Positions 1-11,769 of a stretch of DNA of 64,000 nt are shown here, one piece after another. The notes under the pieces are model-generated. The model ran no database searches. It had not been told where the DNA came from and saw only the letters and a list, made by a program, of their open reading frames with translations. The DNA is taken from positions 8,396,852 through 8,460,851 of the forward strand of contig JBNZDD010013712.1 of assembly GCA_050575255.1 (NCBI GenBank), written 5' to 3'. The position numbers were made by a program, and so were the translations under genes. This stretch comes from Harriotta raleighana. Taxonomy: Eukaryota. Within the stretch, counting starts at the first letter, position 1. Each line of letters starts with the position of its first letter.

Positions 1-619
1 CAAATGAACACTGGGATTAGGAATCTTATAAGAATCCTCCTCTTCCCTCCTGTGCGTAGAATGTAGGTTAGACGCATGCTTACAGGAAGGCTGAAATATC
101 CAATGACTTAATTTAACTACAAAACGAAGTGCAGGGGGTAACATTTGATTTTTAATTCTTCCTTGTGCTAATTAACATTAGGAATGGGTTAAAAAAAGCA
201 CTGCAAATGTTACCATGCTGATTAGTATAAGGGGAGCATCAAAAACAAGACAGCTTCTTCTAAGGCTCTCTTGAACAACATTTGTGAGATTCTGAATAAA
301 ACATGAGAAATTACTATTATAAAAATGACAAATTATTATTTTTATTATGATTATTATTACGGTAATCTACAACACAAGGCATTATCTTCACATAATGCCT
401 CACATAATGAGATGAAAAGCAAGTAATGCTATAGCATTGCCATACGCGTGTTATAATTAAAACCAGGGCACTTAAAGTGCTTGAAGTGTGAAAGGACAAA
501 AGCTTTTTGATCTTGCTGAGCTTATAGTATGCTCCATTGGACCATTTCAAATTTGTACTGTGATCGAGCTTGACATCTTATTTAATCTACTGAGAGATAA
601 GGATAGTCACAGAAAAAAC

Positions 620-900
620 AACAACAGAGGGAAGACCTATGCCTTGAATTTGACGTTCAATCTCCCTGTATTGCTGAGTTTACTGTTCTCAACCAGGTTT
701 AGTGACTCCAGCAATTGACCTCAACGCTTGAGGTTAGGGAGGGAAGATTAGTCAAGGTTTTTGATCCCAATTGCGATGCAGAATTTCCTCCTTTGTTATG
801 ACTCTGGTTAGGATTGAGCAGGATTTATGGTGACAACCCTTCTTTGCCCCATGAAGTAGCCTGACAACACTCAATGCCAAGACTTGTACTTGAATAATGG
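620..900 (+). mobile_element. Old, diverged SINE-like interspersed repeat fragment
   Basis: Blocks tgctgagtttactgttctca and caattgacctc...ttagggagggaagattagtcaagg resemble an old chondrichthyan repeat, recalled from memory and not verified. Confidence 0.3.
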
Positions 901-1188
901 GCACTTGTTTAAGATACTCGAGAGGAACCATGCAGCCAATCAACAGTAAAAAACAATGTTATATTCCTTAATCAATCCATTAAAGAACACTTGTATTTTA
1001 GTTAGGGATATGGGCCAATATAAGTGTTAAGTGAAGTGAGATCTCACATCTAATCATTACTTCAATTAAGTTTATCCAAATACATACTATCAATTTACTT
1101 TACAGAAGTTGCTTCCAAACTTTGAAGCGCGGCGCCACGCCAGAGCCCGGCCGGGGGGCTGGGCTCCGCGCCGAGGGACCCCCCCCCC

Positions 1189-1510
1189 GGGAGTTCTGAA
1201 ACAAAAACAGAAGTTGCTGGGAAAACTCAGCAGGTCGGGCAGCATCCATATAGAAAGGAAAGTGAGTCAACGTTTAGAAAGGTCATGGACCTGAAACTTT
1301 GACTCTTTCTTTCCTTTCCTTTCTCCATGGATGCTGCCTGACCTGCTGAGTTTTCCCAGCAACTTCCCTCTTTGTAATTTTGTTGCAACCCCCTATTTTG
1401 TTTCACAACATTATCACCTCTTTAACCCATCATCTCCTGCCCTCTATCCCACTTTCCCCTTTGTTTCTCTTGCCCTGCCTCTCCCCCTCTGTTAATCCTT
1501 AAAAGCTGCT
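1189..1510 (+). mobile_element. Penelope-like element pLTR fragment with interrupted hammerhead motif and about 40-bp inverted arms
   Basis: Arms 1210-1249 and 1327-1366 are reverse complements with 1 mismatch. CTGA at 1196, aggtc-atg-gacct-GAAAC at 1280-1297, and a pyrimidine-rich flank to about 1510. Confidence 0.6.
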
Positions 1511-3559
1511 TTAAGGAAAATGGATTTATGGCAATTGATCATTATTTAACAATGTAACCTACAGTATCTATATAAAAAAAAGTGTTGCTATTCATGTGCA
1601 CTGGATTATCAGACACGATAACTCCTTAATGTTTCTGTTAATTAAGTGATAATTATATAACCAGGCTTGGAACATCTCCCATCCCCTGTCCCCCAATCCG
1701 CTTTGGTGCCTAGTTAGCTATATGAAGTATTTTGAGATGTCCTCCCATCCCGAAATACTCTATTTAAATATAAATTTTATTGTAATCTCCCATTTCGCCT
1801 CACAAATAGAACAGTCTTATATTTAGCTGCTTTCAGCACTTTCCAGCTGGAGAATACACCTGACTCTATCCTGCTGCAATGATGAGAAAAAATCATACTG
1901 GCTTAGCCTGTGGAACTCCCTCCATGTTTAGGTAAATGACATCCCAGGAAACATTGAGAATGAAATAGCTATGGCAAGAGTGTACAATAGTCTGTAATGA
2001 GGACAATTTGTGCTCTTTTCTGATGGAGCAATTTGCATCCAATGCAACAAGGATTTTGAAAGGGAAATACTGTAAATGATTTACGTCTCTCTTTCGAAAA
2101 TCACTTCCACCAGCACTAGTTAGTAGATTTTCAAAACGTTATTCCTATATATGTTGATTAAACATCAAAATGGCATCCAATTGAATCTGCAGGTCAAATA
2201 GCACATTACAACTGCACATTTAATGCTGATTTGAAGCAGTTTCAATTGAACATTAATATAAATGTGCTTCGTTGGAATGTTACTTTCAAATTCTTTTGAC
2301 CCAAAGGCCCAAATTCTACCTTTTTTTTGTTCTTAAACCAATTGAGTCTTACAATTTACCATTTTGCAGAATTGAGTGGACAACTTCAACATGTTCGATT
2401 AAACTAGATTATTTTTGTGTGTGTATTTGTGTGTCTCCTATATCTACACTGAAAATTTTCCAAATGAGATTTAGTTACACTCATGGTAATTCCTGTGACT
2501 AGAATTGGAATACACACTTTCTCCCCAGAGAACAAGCCCTGGTTACCCAATTGCAAAGCATCGGGTGCAGATTGGCAACAAGATGGAATTTCAAAGGTAA
2601 TGCAGTAAGGAGCAAGACTAATATGATAATACAAATTGATAAACAGAATTATAGGCCTTACTGAGTGCCAGAAATTCAATGTACCCTAGTTATTTGAATG
2701 ACCTTGCAATCTGTGAAGTTGGTGATCCCTGCTATGGGCATCCACAATATTACCCCATGCTCCAGACCTGCACAATATGATCACACAATATGTGATAGGC
2801 AAGTTAGTAATGAGAGCTGGAATGAGAGATGAAAGATAAAAAAAGAAACATCTAAGAGGTGTAATCATCTGCGTACAGCTGTAAAAGCCTGGAAGGTGAC
2901 AGTGAGCGACAGGCGGCAGGTGTGTACAGGAAAATCATTATTCATTATTATGCCCATTAGTAATAACTCCTTTCATCTGCTTGAAATATCTATAAATTGT
3001 ATATTTTTGTTGCCATCTTTTATTTGGAGGAACAATGTTATATTGATTAATTGTCTCCATTTACCCCTTCACTGTGTTTCTTCTTGGTGGAGTGCAAGGA
3101 TTAATTTGAATTAGCAGCATTTGTGGAAGTAATCAAAGAAGCACTTCCTACAGCTAAATCGATCTCTTTAATCTGACAACCAATAAAGCTTTGGTGAGAG
3201 GATATGCTAATTTCTCAACAAGATATGCTTCCCAATTAGGTGCACCTCATGTTCTGAGCAGAAGGATACTCAGCAGAAAAATGCAATCTATTTACCACTT
3301 GCTCCCAAACTTATACCTGCTGCAGCTACTGAAGTGAAGCAATATTGCATTGATTAATTGTCTCATTGGCCAGTTATTAGTAAATGAGTGGATCGCTATC
3401 CGGGGATAATACTCCTGTAATTTTAAAATTAATTTGGCAACCATTCCACAACTGTTTGTGTTGCACTGCTTTGTGCTTTGTGCAATTGGCTTCTGTGTAT
3501 AGCCTGCAAACAAACACTGATTTCACTTTGCAGTATATTTTATGAAGTGGCTAGAGATG

Positions 3560-4715
3560 TCTTCAATCCTCCTCCACCGCCTCTCCTTCCACCTCAACCT
3601 TCAAGGTTCTGCCACTGACTGGTTCAGGTCCTATCTTTCATACAGTCTCCACTTCATATCTGCCAATGGCTTTTCTTCTAGCCCCCACACGGTCTTGTGC
3701 ATCCTCTATATACTTCCACTCAGTGACATCATCCGCATGGGGTAAATTTGCACATGTATGTGGATGACACCCAAATTTATCTCTCCACTTCCACCCTCAA
3801 CCCCAGGACTACCAGCGTCCTGACTGCCTGCCTGTCTGACATCGAGATCTGGATGAGGGACAGCTTTATTCAGCTGAACATTAGCAAAACTGAGGCCGTC
3901 CTGATTGGCTCGTTTCAGTGCCTCTGCACCTCAGGCGCTGGCAGCATCAGTGTCTAAGGCCGCACACTCCATCTCACGAAAGCAGTCAGGAATCTGGGTG
4001 TCTTGGTGAACCCTAAACTGTCATTTCTCCCCCACATCCGTGCTATGACCAGTATCGCCATTCACCACCTCCGTAACATTGCCAAACTTTGCCACTGCAC
4101 TCAGGCTGCTGAAATCTTCAGCAAGTATTTGTCACATCAAGGCTTGACCATGGAAACTCCCTGCTCATCGGACTTCCCAGGTCTTCCCTTCACAAACTAC
4201 AGATCATCCAAAACTCTACAGCTCGTGTCCTCTCATTCACCAGGATCTGCAACCCCATTACTCCCACCCTCGCCCAGCTCCATTCGCTCCCCATCCCCCA
4301 GAGGATCAAATTCAAGATCCTAATCCTTACATTCAAGACCATCCACGGCTTGCCCCTTCCTACCTCTTTGACCAGCTGACATGTCTGCTCCATGTCTCCC
4401 GCCCGACCTGCCCTACCATTAGTGAAAGGATGAAAGCCCCTACCTGGTCTTTCATCCTTTCTGCCCCCACACTGGAACTCCATTCCCACAGTATTTTCAC
4501 CTCGCTTCCTCCATTGCCTCCTTCAAGGCTGGTCTCAAGACCTTCCTTTTTGACTGTGCCTTTTGCCGACATCCTACCTCCCATCTCTCTCTCTCTCCCC
4601 TACCCCATACACTGCCCCTCCCCCATGCTCGGGTCACGACCCCTGACTGTTCAGCACCTTGAGGCATCCTCCCAAAATGAAAGGTGCTTTATAAATGTAA
4701 TTTTGTGGTTGTTGT
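3560..4715 (+). mobile_element. L2-clade LINE 3' fragment (degenerate RT and C-terminus)
   Basis: MHMYVDDTQIYLS...QLNISKTEAVLIGS (YADD region); 3' stem-loop and GTT-type tail. Confidence 0.9.
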
Positions 4716-5684
4716 CTCAATGACGTGATAAGTTTCTTTATCAATTGCAAGGATTATTATTATTTGTCTATAAATCCTGCTTAAACATCAACCTTTCAGC
4801 AAAGGGCCAACGAGGTCAGCAAATGATAAATTGTAGGCACACTCCTGATTTTTGTTTGAAAAATCCCAATGGTGCTCTATGTTGGCAATATTAATGCATG
4901 ACACAACTAGACTACCTCCAGGGCTTGCTTCTTGAACACTTAATTGTACCTACTGTTCATTTGAATTTTAGCAATCTGAATCATAGTCAAATATTCACTG
5001 TCTTTTTAAAGACACTTGTCTTTTTAACTACTCATCTTAAAGTCTATATAACACCTATATTCTTGTAAATTCAATCAAGATAATATTTTGATACACTCTG
5101 CAGCACAAAGTCTCGCTGATTTTATGCAGTAAACATAGTTATTAAAGAATGATCACAATATTTGGGGTTCTAAAATAAAATGTTTAAATTGGATTTTCAA
5201 ACTATTTTCAGGTTGTTAAAGTGCAATTTGGGAAGATTGTGCAAATGGGCATCTAGAAATAGTTCCTTCTATGGCTTCACTACTGTATGGTGGCCAGAAA
5301 AACTCTGCAACACAGACAACAACAACTTGAAACAATCCTGCCCTACCCTTAGCATTATCTTCACACATGTTGTCCTTTGCTGAACAAGGGAGGTAGGGAA
5401 GGGGGAGATCACCAAAGGAGTGGTCAAAGAGGTTGACTTGCACAACAAGCATAAAACTTGTGTATACTCACTGTCTGGTGCCCGCATGCATGCGCACTTG
5501 AGGACGCCAGGAGCTCCCGACTAAATCCAATGATTTCTCGGCTGGCTGATCCCATGCTAGTCCCAGCTATGGCTGGATTCCCATAAACCACCTTTTCCCA
5601 TTACTTGTTGAGCTTACCCAGCGTGATTTTACTGAGTGCGTAGTTTTCCAGAAACGTAAACCCGCGATTGACAAGGGTTAACTG

Positions 5685-5900
5685 TAACTATCTAATTCTC
5701 TCTTAAAAGTTGTTATTGAATTGGTTTCCATCACCGTTTCAGGCAATGCATTCCAGATGCAAATAACTCGCTGTGTGTAAAAATTTCTTGACACCTCCCT
5801 TCTGTTTCTTTATACTGCCTCTGCTCATTCTTTCTTCCAAAATGCATCAGTTTGCATTTATCCACATTAAACTTTGTCTGCCACTCATCTGCCCATTTTA
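5685..5900 (-). mobile_element. CR1 LINE fragment
   Basis: KLVKWADEWQTKFNVDKCKLMHFGRKN on the minus strand. Confidence 0.8.
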
Positions 5901-5904
5901 CTAG

Positions 5905-6445
5905 TTTGTTGCCTATTGGATAGACTACTCTAACACCTTCCTTGTCAATCTCCCTGCCTCTACCACAGACAAAATTCAGATCATCCATAATTCAGATGCC
6001 GCATTCTAACCCGAACCAAACTTCATACCCGAATTACCCCAGTTCTTGCCCAATTCCACTGTTTGTGGATTGATATCAAGATGCTCACTACAATGTTTAA
6101 ATCCCTCCACTCCTCAGCACCATCCTGTCTCTCTAACCTCTTCTTTCCTTTCAGCAGTGCCCGTTGCATCTGATCTACTGTGTTTTGTCTCCTCTTCGTC
6201 CCCCAAATCCTCTGCTGCACCATTGGCGGCTCTGCTTCCACTATGCCCTGAAACTTTGGAACTCTCTCCCTCAACCCCTTAGTCCCCCATGTCTGGTCGC
6301 ATCTGAAGACCTCTCTTTTTGACTGTGCTTACGGTCACCTTCCCCCTCCCTCCTGGCTCAGCCTCAGGCTGCACCCTTGTTAAGTGCCATGAGACACTGC
6401 CTGGCGTGGGGATCGATATATGAATGCAAATTGTTGTTGTTGTTT
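5905..6445 (+). mobile_element. L2 LINE 3' fragment
   Basis: Degenerate C-terminal ORF2 similar to the other L2 copies, ending in a (GTT)n tail. Confidence 0.8.
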
Positions 6446-6571
6446 ACTGACTCGCTGTGCNTCCTGGCTCAGCCTCAGGCTGCACCCTTGTTAAGTGCCA
6501 TGAGACACTGCCTGGCGTGGAGATCGATATATGAATGCAAATTGTTGTTGTTGTTTACTGACTCGCTGTGC
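6351..6571. repeat. 110-bp tandem duplication around a single N (probable assembly overlap)
   Basis: 6351-6460 repeated at 6462-6571 with one mismatch; N at 6461. Confidence 0.9.
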
Positions 6572-7249
6572 CAGATGGCCCATGAGAGGCAACTTCCTTC
6601 TTGACTTGCCAAATACTCTCTGGGAGTGGGAAGTGGGATCCATTCCTGCAGGAAGAGAGTAGCATTCCATTCCAACAATTGATCTCCAGAATGTCCATGT
6701 GTAGATAGGATGCATGGAATTCGCAGTTTGGTTTGCATACACTTAAGTGTACTGATGGGTGTCAGAGACCTCGGTGAACAAAATGAAAATTACTTTCTCC
6801 CCAGAGAAATGAGCCATGCTTGCATAATCTCAGAGAACTCCAGGTATGTGTAAGAAAAGGTCTTTTAGAATAATAAGATCTAATAGGGGCACAACCTTAG
6901 ATGAGATGCTGAGTGATTCCATGCAGTTTAGCAGTCAGGCAAGCAGCATGCAACTGATTAACTATATAATGTTAGCTGTAGACACAGTTTTCCAATTTAT
7001 CCAAGGGGTAATAACATAATGTGCACAGAAAGCATGAAGTGCAGGCATACACAGCGGTCACTGCAGTGGAGTACTGAAGGTTGTTGCCAGAATATATAAG
7101 TGGAGCTCCTGAAAAGACTGCCAGGGGAGCAGGAAAAGCAAAGGTCAGCCTTGATCAATGGGTGGGAAAACAAGAGCCAGAAATGCCTGTAAGAAAGCAG
7201 TTTGATATTACATTACTCACTTCCCAAGCATTTGACAGCGTTACTTGCT

Positions 7250-7855
7250 GTCCATCTGTCGTCTCACTTGCACCGCTCTTTTCCATTTCCGACACATCGC
7301 CCGTCTCCATCAATATCTCACCCCAGGTCATCCAGAACTGCAGCTCGTGTTCTCTCCCGCACCAGGCTTCGAGACCACATCACTCCCACCCTCGCCCGTC
7401 TCCACTGGCTCCCCATCCCCCAGAGGATCGAATTCAAGATCTTCATCCTTACCTACAAGGCCATTCACGGCCTTGCTCCCTCCTACCTCTCTGACATACT
7501 ATCCCCCTATCTACCTGCCCGTACCCTCCGTTCCTCTGGCTCTGGTTTGCTCCACATCCCCTGCCCTAACTGTCCTACCGTCGGCGGCCGGGCTTTCAGC
7601 CGCTCAGCCCCCAGGCTCTGGAACTCCAACCCCCAGGGCCTTCGCCTCGCTTCCTCCCTTTCCTCTTTCAAGGCCGGTCTCAAGACCTTTCTCTTCGACC
7701 GTGCCTTCAACTCGCCTCTCGAGTCTCTACCCCCTCCTTGCTCCCACCCTTCCCCCCCCTCGCCCTGAACATTTTCCCTTGCTCGGGTCCTGAACCAATC
7801 TGTCCAGCGCCTTGGGACGTCCTCCTGACGTGAAACACGCTCTATAAGTGTAATT

Positions 7856-7887
<32 letters not shown>

Positions 7888-7888
7888 G
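7250..7888 (+). mobile_element. Young L2 LINE 3' fragment
   Basis: Intact HITPTLARLHWLPIPQRIEFKI...APRLWNS...FKAGLKTFLF; CpG-rich; long (GTT)n tail. Confidence 0.95.
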
Positions 7889-8165
7889 ATGGAGGAGAAT
7901 TCTGAGGAGTGGAGCAGGAGGGGGTGAAGTGGAGGTTAAAGTCGCCGAGGATGATGAGGCGATCAGAGGAGACGCAGAGGGAGGCTAGGAGAGTCGAGAG
8001 GTTGGAGATGAAGGTTGGGGAGAGTGTGGGGTACGGTAGATGAGGAGGATTTTGAGGGAGAGATGGTTGGAGTGGGAGAGGGTGAGGTTTTCAAAAGAGG
8101 GGAAGGAACCGGAGGAGTAGGGGGATAAGGCAAGTGGCGTCCGAGAGATAAGTGCCAGTAAGCAA
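7889..8165 (-). mobile_element. L2 APE-endonuclease region fragment
   Basis: Minus strand translates, with frameshifts, as KILLIYRTP...DRLIILGDFNLH. Confidence 0.8.
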
Positions 8166-9094
8166 GCTCCCCACTACACATCCAGTTAGGATAACACTAC
8201 CTTATTAAAGTTTTGGTTTGCAGGGATAACAAGGGGCTGAGAGAAAAACATCCCCATCCCCAGTGACGGATCTGCCACTCAAAGCCTTACTGATGAGTCT
8301 GCCATCAGCATTGACCTGGAGTACTATAGACTTGTTCAGTTCAGGAAGCAAACATCTCGCAACCCTACAGAGAGTTGACATAATTCCAACATTCCAAGCA
8401 TGTCTGGAGTCAGTTCAGATCCTGTTTGTCTCCCCCACAATAGTCACTTATTAGTCATTTGAATTGGGTGGCATGGTGGATGCAGATCAGCAATTACTCA
8501 AGATTCCTTGACCTGCTTACCTCACATGTTGGAGCTTGCTGATCTTATCAAATGAAACATTGCTTGACCAGACAAAATAAACTAACAGTTTCTACCATGC
8601 CAGCTGTTGATATTTACCGAAAAGGAGCAAAGAGCATAGTATGGAAAGCAATTTATGAGAGGAAGCAATACTCTGTCCAACTCTGCAATCTTTTGGATTA
8701 GATAGAGACATCTTGCAATCTTTGGATTAAATATTTCTTGTGTGTATTGCATTTACCATTTCCATTATTTAATCCTCAATTTTCAGTTCTATTTTGCAAC
8801 TTGGTTTGGGTGGAATCTAAATTTACTTAAAATACCAGAAAACATTTATTTTTTAAAATAAAAGCTGTAGAACTGGAAAATCAGTTTGAAAACAATTGAT
8901 TTCTTGATTTAAGAACACTTTGAAGCAAAAACATTCATGAATTACTTCTCTGCTAGAGTTCTTAATTGTGAAAATCCAACACTTTTTATTTTCTATTGAA
9001 TACAAAGGATGTTAAAGTATCTATTTTGATTGTTCCTTTCCTGACAATGCTTTAAGCACTGTAATCAGAACTCTTGTGTCTAAAATAGTCAGAA

Positions 9095-9260
9095 GAAAAG
9101 TGAAAGGAGAATTTTGGAGATTTTTATTTCACTCAAAAAATTGTTGGGAAGTGGAATGCCTTGCCAAATAAAGTAGTGGTAGAGCTTATTGTGAGTTTCA
9201 TGAGGAAGGAGACAGGAATATGAAACATAGAGGCTTGAAGGGATCTGGAGATTGGGTATG
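9095..9260 (+). mobile_element. Old CR1 3' fragment
   Basis: ttcactcaaaaaattgttgggaagtggaatgccttgcc resembles the FTQRIVNLWNSLP region of the large CR1 copy. Confidence 0.55.
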
Positions 9261-9422
9261 ACAATGGGATTCAATGAACATCTTACTCTGTGAGCTGCTG
9301 TAGACTTGATGTGCTGTTGGTAAAGTTTTCTAACTTTAAGATTCTGCTCAGGCATGTGGAACTCATACATGACAGAGAAGAGTATAGGAGAGGGGATTGG
9401 GAAGGTGAAGGCTCATATAAAG

Positions 9423-9733
9423 TAATAATCATGATAAACCTTGCATTTGATTTAGCACTTTTTATGTCTTCTAGTCTTCTCAAAGCTCTTCGCAGAATAT
9501 ACCGTTAAGTGAATTGACTGTATATATTTAGGAGCGGAACGCTGTAGCCAATCGCGCACAGCAGTGCCCCATAAACAGGTGTGGATTGATTGACCAATTT
9601 ATTATTGGTTTTCATTCTTGACGGTTTATTATTGGGCTTATGGAGTAAGAAAACTTATCCAAGGTTTCACCCTGCTGGGAAGTGAACCCAGATCTTGCGA
9701 GGCGAGTTATCTAAACACTGAGCTACAGGACTC
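9423..9733 (-). mobile_element. tRNA-derived Deu-domain SINE with L2-derived tail
   Basis: Reverse complement of the gtagctcagtg head, the ctgtgcgcgattggct core and the tail shared with other copies. Confidence 0.85.
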
Positions 9734-11569
9734 TACTACAGGAAATTACATAGTTCCCCTCCCAAAAATGCTGAGAACAATTAGCATACAGTAATTGACA
9801 TTTTAGAATATCGTTCCTAAAATTGTCTTTAAAATATTTCCTTATAGATGTCTACATCTAGATAGGAGGATTCAGAAGATTAGAACCACAGTAATCACAG
9901 AATGTACACTTAAATTCTATGCTTGAGCTATCAATAGGTTTATGAATGCAATTATTTTTCTGGGTTATAAATTTTGTTACCATTTATTTTGCCTATTTGC
10001 AGTGTAGCGGTTGAAATAACTGTCATGTTATAATTTTGTTAATTGTATGTACTATTAAGCTTTTTTTTAACCATGAAAACAGTTGAAATACAGTACTATT
10101 TAAAAATACATATTTTTAATGAATTTCATATCACAGCACAAATATTTCTTGTGTGTATTGGATTTACCATTTCCATTATTTAATCCCCAATTTTCAATTC
10201 TATTTTGTAACTTGGTTTGGGTGGAATCTAAATTTACTTAAAATACATAGCATATGATATGAAATTTCATTAAAAAAGTTTCATTAAAAACAGATCAGAA
10301 GATATTCATTTCACTATGGTTAAACAGCAAAACAAAACATGTGATAAGAAAGTGCATTCTGGCCAATGCATCAACAGCTTTTGTTGGAAACAAGTCCCCC
10401 ATACTAATGAGAAAAAAATAATCCAATTTCAGTCGTTTTATTTTATTCGTTTTACTCACACAATATACAGTCAATTGTACATTCTGCAAAGTGTTTTGAG
10501 ACACCTAGAAGACAATGCAAAATTATTATTATTACAATATTTTAAAACTTATATTATATTTTGTATTAATTATATTATAATTTTTATATTATTATTATAT
10601 TTAAAACCTACCTTTACTCTCATGATTTAAGTAAGTGGACTACTTAATTCTACGTGTTTATTGCCTTATCATTCTAAAAGATCACAATTGTCCTCTCCCT
10701 CCTCCAAAATATTTTTAAACAAACAAATTGAGTTTGTGAAAGTACATAAAGTATTGGTGGAAATGTCAATCACTGGGATTTATAGATCCAAATGTTTGAC
10801 TAGTGTGTCCTAAGGCAGAATTATATGATGGTACGTTTAAAACAACACAAAAATAACAATCCAATTCCATCAATGGCATTAAATTCAGTAGCAGAGAAAC
10901 AAACTGTGTTTTAGGAAAGTGTTTGCTTAATATTTCTAGATTCTGAAAAAAATGTATTTTTCAGGCCAACCATACAATAATAATAAAACAAGAGACTAAA
11001 CAATGTAGGCATTAAAGAGGAGGCACTAAAATGATCCTCTTGCTCAAAATCTATCGGAAGAAAGAGTTTTCCACAGGAATGAGACCAATCAGGCCAAACA
11101 AAGGTCAGCGACGATGAATGAAATGATTTTTACAGATCTATAAACTAAAGGATCAGATTAATCCACCATGGAAAGGAGGGAGGGAGAAAGAGGAGATGAG
11201 TGGATGGGAAAGAAAGAAAGCTGTGTGTTGCTTTTCCAAGCTCTCTTGGCCTTTGGCGCATAGTACAATGGGTGATCTGACTTCACTAAAGACATCAAAC
11301 ACTTCAGCTTTGCCAGGAGAAAGTGCGGGAAACTCACCAACGATCTGTGAGGGAACAATCTCGCTGGCCGTTTAAAACAAAAAATAGTGAAACAAAAAAT
11401 GTGAGAGTGAGGAAGAGAAAGAGAGTGGGTGTGGAAAACTCGACCAGCTTCACATGTAATGTTCAATGTAATTTTATATATCCTATTTTCTAAGAGTTTT
11501 CATGGGTATATTATGTTGATTTCTCAATGTTTGAATGAGACTTTTAATTATTTAACTTCCTTCTTGCGT

Positions 11570-11750
11570 TTCATATACAGTCAATTCTGTGAAGTGTTTT
11601 TAGATTTTTAAAAGAGAGGAATTAGGGGATTATGGAGATAGGGCAGGTAATTAGAGTTAGGTCAGAAGATCAGCCATGATTTAGTTGAATGGCAGGGCAA
11701 CCTCGAGGAGCTGAATGGCCTACTCCTGCCTCTAATTCTTATGTTCTTAT
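11570..11750 (+). mobile_element. CR1 3' end
   Basis: 3' UTR matches the end of the 57.45 kb CR1; ttcttatg tail. Confidence 0.85.
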
Positions 11751-11769
11751 CTTTTGAGACATCTAGAAA

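Larger units (their letters stand above)
8729..10246. repeat. 107-bp dispersed direct repeat (8729-8835 and 10140-10246)
   Basis: Direct comparison gives 4 substitutions, offset 1411, and no N between the copies. Confidence 0.9.

Noticed and set aside
8285-8325. CTGATGAG hammerhead core
   Set aside because: No GAAA follows the putative helix II and there is no helix I or III.
10520-10605. AT-rich quasi-palindromic tract
   Set aside because: It is low-complexity sequence following a SINE tail.
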